Of a DNA stretch of 64,000 bases, positions 9,880-21,830 are shown piece by piece. The notes under the pieces are model-generated. The model had not been told where the DNA came from. It searched no databases and saw only the letters and a program-made list of their open reading frames with translations. Made by a program: the position numbers and the translations under genes. Position 1 is the first letter of the stretch; the number at the start of each line of letters is the position of its first letter. Where the stretch lies: the NCBI GenBank assembly GCA_010093815.1, contig ML996566.1. The stretch is one strand, 5' to 3'. Origin of the DNA: Pseudovirgaria hyperparasitica. Taxonomy: Eukaryota.

Positions 9880-12347
9880 TCATGCATACCGCGTACTACT
9901 ACCACGATGCGCCAACGGCGGCGGCACAGGCCCGCTCCACGCCATATCACTACCATGATGAGGACTCGACGAGCCGATGTGCGCAGCACCAGCACCGGTA
10001 TTACTACCCCCATGCGGCCGACCAGCGCTCCCTCCGCCCCTACTACGCCCGTAGAAGCCCGCCATACCAGCCGGCGGCAACACGGGCGGGGCAACAGGTA
10101 TCAGCTTCCTCGACCGCCTCCTACGGCGACAACAGCCGATGATGCAGCTCAGGATGCCGAGGAGGAGGAGGCCGCCGACGCCGGCGCTCACGCCGATGAC
10201 GAGCGACCTGTTGCGCTCGACCCAGCTGGAGATGCGGCCGCCGAGGGAGGAGCCGTCGCAGCGGCCGTTCTGGCAGCGGCCGCCGCCGCCGCAGTCGGTG
10301 CCGTCGAGGAAGTTTTGCTTGAGGCCGTAGCAGACGCCCGGGCCGAATTCGGGGGAGCCGCAGGAGATGCTGCAGGAGGAGTCGTCGCAGGCGTAGGTGT
10401 CGTTGCCCTGGGTGTAGGAGCCCATGACTGTTTTGCACTGCATGTCGCGCGATGTGCATTGGCCGGAGGTGCATTGGAGGTTGTTGGAGCAGGATGTGCC
10501 GTCTGGGGTCTGGACGTCCGTGGGGCAGGTGGCGGCGGTGCCGGAACATCTTTCTTCGGGATCGCATTCGCCGGTGGAGGCGCGGCAGACAGTTGAGGAG
10601 GAGGCGAGTTGGCAGGATGAGCAGCAGGGCTCGTTGGCGTCGTCACAGACAGCGTTGTTCCTGAAGCGGCAGGTTGCCCCGTCGCAGCAGGCGTTGTTGC
10701 CGCAGTTGTCGGCACCGCCACAGTCGCATTGCTCGTCGCCCTCGACGATGCCGTTGCCGCATTGCTGGCCGGTGACCAAGGTCACGTCGCGGTTGTTTGT
10801 GAAACAAGACGTCGAGACGGAGCGGCGACTAAAAGCTGAGCATATGTTGCCAATGGTGCATTGGGAGAAGGCCGAGATGCCGTTGGATGTGCTGGGGTTC
10901 ATGATGAATTGTGCTTGGGCGTCACAATTGCTGGTGCTCTGAAGAGGACAGCATTGTTGGGCATTGACAGTTGTACCGTCGCTACAGGTTTGACTTGTGC
11001 AGTCATGAACTGCGCCAAATGTGTGGCCAGTTTCGTGGCTATCCGTGTTAGCATGATCACTCGATTCAGATGGCATAACGGAACTCACGCTATAATCTGC
11101 CATTCTGATCCTCCACCGCCAGTCCTGTATACAACATTGGCACCAGCAACAGTCTCGGCACTGTTTCCTCCATTCGCCTGCGAGCCCTGGATGCAAGCTT
11201 GTCCAAGCCAAGCAAGACCAACGGCAGAGTCGGTCGCACATGTCGAAAGTAGTGTCCAGTGAGAGTTGTTGTCAGACTGCTCACCGCGCCATTGCGAGAA
11301 CAGATTCAGTCTCTGTTCAATGTTGATATTCTGCGAGCAAGGCACGTTCCAGGCAGGACTGCCCGAGGACGACGAACACGCTGGTGAGGAAGTTATGCTC
11401 TTGAGACCCAGAGTGATGTTGAAGGTCCTCTCATATATGTCCGATGCGGAATTCATGACGTCGATGATGTTGTCGCTGACGGCAGACGTATTCGAGTTGA
11501 ACTCGGCGAGATAATTGCAGTCGTAGGCCACGCCTACCAGTGCAACTTGACGGGAGGACGGACAGCCAGTCGTCTGCCCAATGGTCGAGACAAGATTGAC
11601 ACCAGCAGAGTTACCCCCTGGGGTGCCATCTATCTGGCGCTTGCCCAGGAGTGAATCGATCGAGGCAGCCCAGAAGCTCTCATCGCGTCGCAACATCCGC
11701 GCATACACAGGATGCTCAGGCGCCGTATTGAACAGCAACGTATCCGCCCTGCAAGCCTTCTCCTGTCCGTCTCTCTTCAACTCCGAATGGCCCATGGAAT
11801 GCGCCGAGATATCAGAATCGCGCCACAGCACCATATATTCATCCTCACTGTCCTCGATACTCGGGTCCAACTCATGCCTTGACGTCCTGTAGTTCGACGC
11901 AAGCTGGACATGATGCGAAACGTGGTTCACCGCAAACGATCCCGAGAACGTCGGATGGACACCATCCTTTTGCACATAGACTCGCGCCGAGCCAGCTCTT
12001 TCCCACTTCTCCGCCTGTGTCCACACCCACGCCGTGCCCTTGTACACTTTGTGATTCGAGCGCACCAACGGCTCCGAACGCTCGATCCCGTCGGAACCTA
12101 TGACAGTTATCGTCGCTCCCTCTGCTATAATATCGTGATTGGGCTCGAGCGAGAGTTTGGCGTAGGTATTGAAGAAGTGGAAGGACAGGTCGAAGTGCGA
12201 GAGATGGTGTATACGGCCATTATTCGTGTGTATGGTGGCATTCTGCACGTTTGCAAGAGCTGTGATCGGATTTCGACTCGTCGACCTGGCAAAGACGTCT
12301 GTGGCGAAGGCGAGTGCAGTGGTGAGGAGTGGTAGTATCAACATCAT
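9880..12347 (-). CDS. ADAM family zinc metalloprotease with disintegrin domain (fungal ADM-B type), 2 exons
   Basis: Signal peptide, pro-domain, HETGHTFGAVHD reprolysin zinc motif, Met-turn IMNP, CGNGIVEGDEQCDCG disintegrin start, Cys-rich region, TM helix then poly-Arg. Intron 11039-11088. Confidence 0.93.
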
Positions 12348-13345
12348 ATCCAGCGATGAATCAACTTCCCCGGGCTCCAGGACGAGGAGCGAACGCGATG
12401 CGAGCGTGGAAGATTCACAGCGAGCAGGGAGAAAGGCGTGTAGGTTAGGAGAAGTAATTAACGAAAGTAGAAGTTTGTGAATAGCATTGGCCGTAGAGGG
12501 AACAGGACGAAAAGAAAGTAAGCAAAGCCATGTAGTGGTATTAGTGGTGGTGGTGGTGGGTGTGCCAGGTGGTGGGTGTGTGGGAAGAAGGCTGTGCAGG
12601 CAGAGGCAGGCCCCTCTTCGTGCTCAGTGTCGAATCGTTCTCATCAAAAAAAGGATTTGCCGGGCGGCCGAATCTCAACTGAATCTCACTGAAATCAGCG
12701 GGCCCAGGCAGCCCAGACAGCCCCAGACAGGCCAAACAGGGCGGGGCGCATAGGGCATGGATTAGGGGGGACATGGATGATGGATTGGGCTGGGTGAGAT
12801 GATTTTTGGGGGGGGTGTTGCATGCGGCGTACGCACCTTACCACCCACTGATTACCCACTACCCACCCACCACCCACTACCCCCCCAGCTACAATGCCGC
12901 CGCCGAACAAGGCTAGAAAAGTGCTGGGCGCAACGCGTCAAACTTGGCGTGCAGGTAGCCTTACTTCGACTCACTTTTCCAAGATTTTCGCCTCCGATTT
13001 GCCGCGCTATTACACGTCCTCACTCTGAAACGCATATCAAACCATTCCGTCACTGCGAGCGAGACTTCGACTGTTGTTAACATCAACCACCATTAAATTC
13101 ATTGGTCTTCCTTTTTGCTTGCATTTGAGAATTTCTGTATACATTCGTGGTGCTGCTCAACACATCCTCGCCACCCTGTCTGGTGCTTGCTGATGGATGG
13201 TGGAGAACACACACACCACTGTACTGCGGTCTTGGACTGCATAACTACACCAATTATTACAGCCTTAGGATATCGCTATCGCGTAACTAACTAATAAACG
13301 CCCAGATACAATGCGCCACTGGCCTGTTCCTTGCGCCCGCAGCTT

Positions 13346-15849
13346 CTACTTCTTCTTCTCTGCCTGCACTATCTCGATGATCTTCTCCACAACGGATGGG
13401 TCGGATAACTGTGTCAGTCTGAGTCAGCCGCATCTTCAACTCCTGCAAAGCTTCATCTTGACTTACTGTTGTGATATCGCCAAGCTGGTCCTCCTCGCCC
13501 GCCAAAATCTTTCTTAGGATTCGGCGCATGATCTTGCCCGACCGTGTCTTGGGCAGGTCGGGAACGACATGAATGGCCTTGGGCGCGGCGAATGGGCCGA
13601 TGGACTTGCGCACTTGTAGAACGAGGTCCTTCTTGGTCTGATCTGTGAGATCGTTGCCTTCTTTGATAGATACAAACGCGTTGATGGCTTGGCCAGTGAG
13701 TTCGTCGTTCACTCCCACAACGGCGGCCTCCCCGACAATGGCTGTCTTGCTTAGTTCCGTGTCTTATCTCCGGCTATATGGTTTATACTTACGGTGTTCA
13801 ATGAGTGCAGCTTCAATCTCTGCCGTCGATAGACGATGCCCAGACACGTTGACGACATCGTCTACGCGGCCACGGATCCAGTAGTAGCCTTCGTGGTCAC
13901 GACCCGCTCCATCCCCGGTGAACTTGCTTGGCATTAGTACATCCCAACTCGACATTCTGCTCTAGTCACTCACGTAGTAGCCCTTGTATACATTCAAGTA
14001 TGTGTCCATGTAACGCTTGTGGGCGCCCCAGACCGTTCGGGCCATGCTTGGCCATGGCTGCTTGAATGCGAGCACACCTTCGACATCGTTTCCGTGTATC
14101 TCCTCGCCAGAGACAGGGTCAATAATCGCGGGCTCAATCCCGAAGAACGGAAGAGAGGCACTGCCAGGCTTGGTTGGAGTGATACCACCCAGAGGAGTGA
14201 TGACGTGGGATCCGGTCTCTGTCTGCCAGTATGTCTAGAATGACATGTGAGTTGAAAGTCCTCCCTGGACGTGTGACAACGACTTACGTCTACTACGTGT
14301 GCGACCTTCTTCCCTACTGTGTCGTGGTACCATTTCCATACCTCAGCAGCAATCGGCTCACCGACTGACCCCAGAACACGGAGCTTCTTCATCTGTGCCT
14401 TGACGTGCTCATCACCTGCACGCTTGAGAAGTCGAAGAGCGGTAGGTGCAACGTAGAATTGCGTCACACCATGTTTCTCAACCACATTCCAGTAGCGAGA
14501 AAAGTCTGGGTATGCTGGTGTACCTTCGAACACAACGGTCGCGACACCGAGCACTAGCGGAGCGTAGACAACATACGTGTGGCCAGTGATCCAACCAACG
14601 TCACCACCACAGAAGAAGACGTCGTCGGGGTGAATATCGAACACGTACTTGCCAGTAGCAGCAGCTCCAAGCAAGTAGCCAGCTGTAGTGTGCATGACAC
14701 CCTTTGGCTTGCCTGTCGAGCCAGAAGTGTACAAGAGGAACAACGGGTCCTCCGAGTTCATAGACTCAGGGGCAATGTAGTTGGGCCACTTCTCGACCTC
14801 CTCATGCCACCACAGGTCGCGACCCTTTGTCCATGGAACCTCTGTACCGGTACGCTTGTAGACAAGACATCCTCGGACGTCAGGACACTGCTTCAGCGCT
14901 TCGTCGACAATCTTCTTCGTGCCAATGACCTTTCCACCACGCTTGCCCTCATCCGTAGTGATAACGACCTTGGACTCGGCATCAATGATGCGGTCACGCA
15001 GTGAGTCGGACGAGAACCCAGCAAAGACAACAGAGTGCACAGCACCGATCCTCGTACAGGCGAGGAACGCAATGACGGCCTCGGGGATCATAGGTAGGTA
15101 CAGAGCAACAGTGTCGCCCTTCTTGACGCCCATCTCTTTGAGGACAGCGGCTAGCCGACACACCTCACGGAGAAGCTCTCCGTATGTGATGGTGCGACCC
15201 TCGCCCTCCTCATCAGCCTCGTAGATGATGGCTGGCTTATCCGGATTCTTGAACGCATGACGATCGACGCAATTGTACGATGCATTCAGACGTCCCTCGA
15301 GGAACCATGCATTGTCGCCATTTTTGAAGCTACCGGAATGAACAGTCTGGAAGTCGCGCTCCCAGGTGAGCAGCTGGCGGGCTAAGTCACCCCAGAAGAC
15401 ATGGGGCTGCTCGATGGACTGTTTGTATAGTCTCTTGTAGTCGTCAAGATCCTTCAGATGGGTGGTTTTGTCCTTGGACGTGTGGTTGCTGGAGTAGTGT
15501 GTTAGTGAGGCCGGAGAAGGCTACGTCAAGGGCGTAGGTAGTGGACAAGTGAGCTCTAGCTGCCCCGCCAGCCCAAGAAAGAGGCGCGAGCTCGTCGTTG
15601 ACCCCGCACTCGGCGAACAGCTGGGGCCCTCGATTCACGAGAGCTTGAGATCGTCGCGTGTGTCTGACGTCAAAGGAATGTGTAGATGTGTGGAAGGAAG
15701 GCTGGAAAGTGCTTCTTGAAGCGTGGAAGAGGAACAGGAGGAACTTACTCGAGATATCCCTTCGGAATTGGATACGTCTCTACCTGATGCGCTTCCTGCA
15801 CAACAGCGCCCTCCGGGGCTTTCGGAGGCTGGATTGGACCCTCTGACAT
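13346..15849 (-). CDS. facA: Acetyl-CoA synthetase (acetate-CoA ligase), multi-exon
   Basis: Exon 1 (15849-15749) is [33 protein letters not shown]. Motifs [42 protein letters not shown] and [15 protein letters not shown]; ends VQAEKKK-TAG. Introns include 15489-15748. Confidence 0.96.
15489..15748. promoter_or_regulatory. Long first intron of acetyl-CoA synthetase with clustered CreA/Mig1-type SYGGRG sites and a CRE palindrome
   Basis: CCCCGC at 15563 and 15602, CTGGGG at 15621, TGACGTCA at 15665-15672. The intron is 260 nt, versus about 50-70 nt for most other introns here. Confidence 0.45.
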
Positions 15850-17021
15850 GGTGACTGTATATCAGTGTGGCCAATTGAACGATGGGCTGTGAGATACTGA
15901 AGAGTTGAGGTAAGGAGAATGGCCTGCAGGACAGCTGGGGGTCGAGCGGCTATTGTATGCCGGGCAAAGGGCAGCTTCTGCTCGCGCGTGTGGAACCGTA
16001 TCGGTAACTCTGGATGTGCTAGGGTGACGGGCTATGCAGGTGCAATTTGAGTACTAGGGTGGGAGTGGAGCTCTTCAAGTGGCCAAGTGGTGTACTATAT
16101 GGCAAAAAAACTGATGGTTGTGGAAGAGTAGTGAAGGTCAAGAGGTTCGGATAGTGAACAGAAGCAGTAGAGGAGCAACGTGAGCGGCCGGCGTGGTCTA
16201 TATACAACACAGTGTAACTAAAGATGATGATGATGATGCAAGCCAGGCTCCCAGTCGCATTATGATGTGCATCCCGTCTTCCGTCCATACAAGCAAAACG
16301 TATCTCAGTCAGGTATAGGTAGGTAGTAGGTAATTAGTGTGGAATGGTTCCTCTACTCGTTTGTGGCCACGATCGTCACATTATGACTGGAAAACACGGC
16401 AATAGAACGTCAACGGAACAAACAATCGAAGCTCTTGAAAGTGAATCGACCGTGTTGGAGTGTCTCCTACTCCTCTCCTCCCTAGTACTAGCCGTGGGCA
16501 TTGTATTAGTGTCCCTTTTGCCCGGCCAGCTGTATGTGGGGTAGTGACGCATCGCCAGGGCCCAGTCTGATGTAAGCCGAGACCTCTCTCTAGATGTGCT
16601 TTTTTCCCTTCGACCTGCCTTACCCTCGCCGTCGGCCCCTTTGTCCTTTTCTTTTCATCTGGTCCACAACATCCCAGCATCATTTGACTATCCTGTTTGC
16701 ACCGACTACAACCCATGCTCCCTCGACACTACCATCCATCCTATGCCACCACCTTCTTCTCCATACCCACGTGTTGTTTGTCCCGACTAGTGGATTAAAA
16801 GTCCAACAGTATGTACCGCGCACCGAAAAGATGCTCTACTACTTGATATGGCCGGGTATATATATCTGATTCCGAGCCCTCAACGCCATTCGCCTTGGTC
16901 TCATGTCGATGCCGTGTAAGAAAGATCAAGTCGCTCAGAACATCGCCGCGTTGCCCCATCCTGAAAACTCCTGAATGCCATAATGCTCCAAATATGCCTG
17001 CCCTCTGCCTGTGAGCTTAAC

Positions 17022-20000
17022 TCAGCCTCCTATTTCCCCTTTGTCCTTAACGCCTTTTATCGTGTCTGTGTCTGTGCTGTCACTACGCTCTCGTGTTGCA
17101 TCGGTCTCGTCTGAGCTATTGACCTCGCTCCCTTTGCGAACCTGTTGTGCGACCCGCTCTGCTATCTTCTCGTCCAACATCTCTACCAGTCGGTTCGAGT
17201 ATTGGTCCAGTAGTTTCGCCATCACACGCTCGTCCATTCCCCTACTCTGAATTGCCTTCTCACCGACTGCTCGTGCTGTCAGCGCCAGCTCTCTTTCAAG
17301 CTCTCGTACTTGCTCCGTCGTCAGATTGTCGGAACTGCTCCCTAGTTTCTTCCGGTATGCCCGCAATGTCCGGCAGACTTGCTCTGTGGAATTGCCAAGA
17401 CTTCCAAATTCATACGTAGTCGGCATTGGTTTGGCTCTGGATCGTAGATCATTGGAAGAGCGACGCATTTTCGCTATTTTGGCAGCTTCAACCTTGCTTC
17501 GCGGACTTGGGGGAGACGGTGATCGATTTCGAAACGATCGACGCGTTGGAATCTCAGGTGTAGAGTAACCGCCTCTTAAGTTGGCCGAAGATGAAGGAGG
17601 GTCCAATCTTGGTGCTTGTGCGAGGCTAAATTTGGATGATTTCTTCCTCAATCGAGGGGAGCGACTTCCGGTTTGTGTTGGAGTTTGCGCGTCTTCCGTC
17701 GATGACCGCTGGAAACGCGCAAGCTCCGACTGGGACAACACTCTGCGAAGAGGAGGTCGACTGGATTTCTTGTCCTTCTCCACGGGGCTGAGCCCCATAA
17801 GGTCCATTGACTTCGTCAGCTCTTGAAGTTGTTGCTGCCGACGGTCAAGGTCCCAGATAAAGATGGTACCATCGGCAGCGACAGTCACAAGTGATTTTTG
17901 TTCCATATCCGTCTCCTCTCCTTCACTGGTAGAAACTAGGGTAATTCCGGTGATTCCTTCAGTATGACCCCAGTCACGTTTTATCAATGATCCACTCTCA
18001 TTGTATAGGCGCACAGATTTGTCCGTACTGGAAATACCCCCTGTCAAGGTCGCTCCTCGTCTGGGCACAGTCACGAGACCAGATAAAGCTACAGCATCTC
18101 CACCCTCAGTATCTGTGGCTCTGAAAGACGTGATGACCTGACCAGTCTCAATATCATACTGATGAACTTGCCGATCGATGGTCGAAACGATTATAGCATC
18201 ATCCTGATTAGGGTCCAGAATAATTGACAAAGGGGTGGCTTTCAGCGTGATTGTCCGCAATATGACAAAAGCGGTCAAAAGTCGATGGCCTTCTTGCAAC
18301 GAGACCTTCTCCCTCACCACAATTGTTCGATCGGATGAACTTGATATAAGCCTTGTACCATTCTTAGAAAATAGAAGAGAAGTAACAGCACCAACATGTT
18401 CATCCATAGTCTGCAGTAATTCCCATGTACCTTCTCTTTGCTCAAAGACTTGTAGAGTTCGATCGCGACTTGAGCAACCGACGAGTGCATTGCTCTCCTC
18501 GTGAATTGTGACATCAGTGACCTCTGCGGCATGAGCCTTGCAGGTAAATACTGTCTTCTTCGTTTTGCCGTCGACAATCCTGAGTAAACCAACTTTGTCA
18601 CCACAGGCGAAGAAATCGGCGTTACGGGAGGCACGCACGACTTTGAGCTCGTTACGATCATCTTCGACATCATCGGGTTGTGTCAACTCGACCTTCATAT
18701 CTCCTTTGCAGTAACCGCCTTGATCCCAAAATAGAACAGCCCCATCTGCCGACCAGGTGAAGAATGAGGCGTCAAATTTATTGGGTAGTGGGAGCGCGTC
18801 AACCCCTAATACAGCGTCGCTATGAGCTGGTAGCTGCCGAATCACCTCCACGGAACTTCCATCGTCTGTTGGTAGTCTCAACAGCTTGATATGGTGTTCA
18901 GAGTCCACCGAGACCAAGCAAGACTTCAAAGATGTTATGGCTTCAATGTGGCATGTATCGCTTGCAAGGGCAGCATCCTCTGTCGCGTCAACCGGGCCGG
19001 GGGATTGCGGGGGAGTACGAGTTGCGAGCAGATCGTCGACCCTGAGTATCTTTAAAGTGCCTTGAGCACCTGTAAGGTGTAGCCTGCCGTCATCAGACAC
19101 AGTTGAACAATTTACACCAAACCCGGCATCTGCGATTTTGAAAAGGCGTTGCGCGCCTTCTGTGTCATCGAGAAGGCAAATATCTCCCCGGGACGTACAG
19201 ATGACAGCCTTCGATGCACTAATGGGAATGACACTCGTGAAAGTACATTCGAGTAGAGGTCCAAGAAGGCAATTTCTGCCCTGAAGAGTCTTGTTCATAG
19301 ACCCTGGGACAGAATTGCCAAAATCGCTCATGCGTGACTTCGTTGGCGAGAAGACTTGTACCTCTTCCGTACGCCATACTTTCACATGTCGAGTGCCGAT
19401 ACTATGCTTCTTAGAACCAACGTACTTTCTTGCAACACGAATAGCACTTACGTTATCAGATTTTGGCCAAGCCAGGCAATGCGTGTAATGTTGCTCGTGC
19501 ATTTGTTACTCGCATAGAAGACCGTGGACCCATTTCTTGGGTTCACATTCCAGATGTAAAGAAATCCATCATTAGCTGCACCTAAACTAGCAAGGAGTTG
19601 TGAATCGGGGCTGAATGCAACACATCGTACGCCAAATGTATGATCGTATATAGACGTCAAGGGATAATCGGAAGGTGCGTCCAGCGCCGTAGAGAATATA
19701 AGAACTCTGGGTTTATTCCCCGTCTAGATAAAGTCAGCATACAGGACTGTATGCTAGAACAGCCATAGCTTACCTCGCCCACAGCCAAGTATTTGCCATC
19801 CGGGCTGAAGGAGACACATGTGGCGGTCTTGACCCGATCGCGAGCCGTCCATGACTTTCCGCCGGCAGCATCTCCCCACTCAGCCGTAGGAGATCCCAAA
19901 GATAATCCGATTCCCGATTCTCTTATCGAAGCTGGAGTCCGTATGCGACTATCATTCGGATTCTGGTTGGGTGTGGAAGGACCATAGGCGGAGGTCGCCG

Positions 20001-20316
20001 TGTTGATGGGAGCTGTGGTCGGTCGTGCTCGGAAGAAGCGTTGAGAAACTTGGTACTTTTCGTCGACTGTCGCGATGACAGCTGCTGCGCCAGCGGTGAA
20101 CGCGAAAGAGTTGCTGTTGGGAAGTCCGTCGAAAGAGTTTGGGGAAGCAACGGTGGTGCCAATAACTTGTCGGAGGGAAAGTGTGGAATCATTACGATTG
20201 GATTTGATCGGAGATTTGGCAGACGTGCCTTTGGCAAAAGGTGAATTCGAGGGTGTAAGCTTCAGAGCGAATGCAGGGCTCATCAGCCGGGAGTTGGGTA
20301 CGGGCGTGACCGACAT
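17022..20316 (-). CDS. WD40-repeat protein, MAPKBP1/WDR62-like, 3 exons
   Basis: LSLRQVIGTT N-terminal motif and many WD repeats (SFSPDGKYLAVGE, HVGAVTSLLF, GHTEGITG, DGTIFIWD); Ser/Arg-rich tail and coiled-coil C-terminus. Introns near 19725-19773 and 19401-19450. Confidence 0.85.
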
Positions 20317-21032
20317 GTCCAGTTATGCCGAATAGAAATTTGCTGATAGAGAGCGAGTGACATCTCAGGTAAACATGCTAGGCAAGCAGTCATAAGGAGA
20401 TAAACGAATGGCAGCAATGCGAAGGAGCGTTGCGAAGGTCGAGGTTGCAGTGAAGGAGCGGAAGATAGAAGCGAGTTCGTATGTGCGATCGAAGGAGTAG
20501 GAGTTTCGACGGGTGAATTCTCCGATTATCTGAGGCTGGCACTGGACCGCGCGCCCATCACATTTGATCGGCGTGATAGGGGCGGTAGTGTGATGATTGC
20601 AATTTTTGCCGGGCGCAACACAACACTACGCATGGGGTAATTGAGAGCTGAATACGTCCGAAGTCGTTCCTTTTGATTGGAGCCGAGACTGAAATGAAAC
20701 AGCGACGTTCTTCACCGTATATTGTCAGGGTCAGGTTCAATTGAGGTTACGATGCAATGATGGTAATAGATACGAAGAGGTCTGAAGAGAATTGTTGTGA
20801 AAACGCGGGCAGCAGCTACGAAGCGACGGGTGGTACGAGCGCCTTGCATAATAAACAGATTGTGCAGTGTGCACAATGTGAGCCTGGGGTTGCTGCCTGA
20901 TGTCTTAAGGTATCCATACCTTGGAATAACCCTAGACTGCAAATCAGAATACATGGCCCATCGGCCCGTGCCTCTTTCGAAGCTAACTCGCCACTACATC
21001 AAACAAAACATCTCTTTGTTTACTTGGCCATT

Positions 21033-21759
21033 ATGACAAACACCGGAGATAGTCCGCTCTCAATCACTGGCTCCATTGTCGGCATCGTCGCATTGGTGCT
21101 GTCCGTTTCTACCATCATTCAGGCTGTCTACATCTATGCCAGTGCTTATCGGGCTGCACCCGCCGAGCTGAAGAGATACACCTCTTCCGTCTCCAACACC
21201 ATGGATGAGCGTTCTTACAGACTCAGGAGTGGGCATATCCCAGGTCCAATCAACCTAGCCTTGGGTGGTAACGCCAAATACGATAATGCTCGGTGGACTG
21301 AGATGTTGGAGGAGTACTACGAAGCTCACCTAGAGCTTGAGGACGAGCTCCATAAGATCAAACATAGAGGCCGAAATATAGACTCTCTGATCAATTGGAA
21401 CCGCATTCTGTGGCTGTTCCGGAAGAAGGACTTGGATGAGTCTGTCCAACGCGTGGAGACATTGAGATCTCGAAAGATGGCTGTCTGTCTGAATGCGTTG
21501 CTTGCGTATGCTTTACAAACACCTTTGACTTCCATGTTAGCGCTGATAAAATTTCATGATCAGAGATGTATCGAGTATGAAAGAAACCCTGAATCGTATT
21601 GAAGCTAGAATACCACAGGGTCCACTTCGCCTCCCCGTCGCACGACCTCCAGAGGAACCCGAGCACGACTCTCTGGCAAGACCATTGAACCTGTATGCAA
21701 GCTCGGTGCTGGGAGAGTCTGTGACTGATATAGTTCGAACATCACTCGATTCCAGATGA
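21033..21759 (+). CDS. Small hypothetical protein with HeLo-like / fungal STAND N-terminal-type helical domain, 2 exons
   Basis: MTNTGDSPLSITGSIVGIVAL... start, AP.EL..Y motif and W.RILWLFRKKDL.E....VE motif; intron about 21507-21563 (GTATGC..GCTGAT..CAG). Confidence 0.6.
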
Positions 21760-21830
21760 CTGCCGGGAAATTCTACATCGGTTGAACGTCACTCATGGGA
21801 ACTGAGCATGGCCTAAAGTCCTTGTCTAGC

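Noticed and set aside
13287..13470. Tandem acceptor (CTCAG...ACAG) in the last acetyl-CoA synthetase intron as a source of an alternative C-terminus
   Set aside because: The alternative frame ends WAFIS with no targeting signal, and the first AG lies too close to its branch motif.
20585..20790. TGATGA...CTGA boxes and an AATTTTTG Sm-like site suggesting a snoRNA or snRNA
   Set aside because: I found no convincing rRNA complementarity, terminal stem or U-snRNA sequence. An Infernal/Rfam search would be needed.
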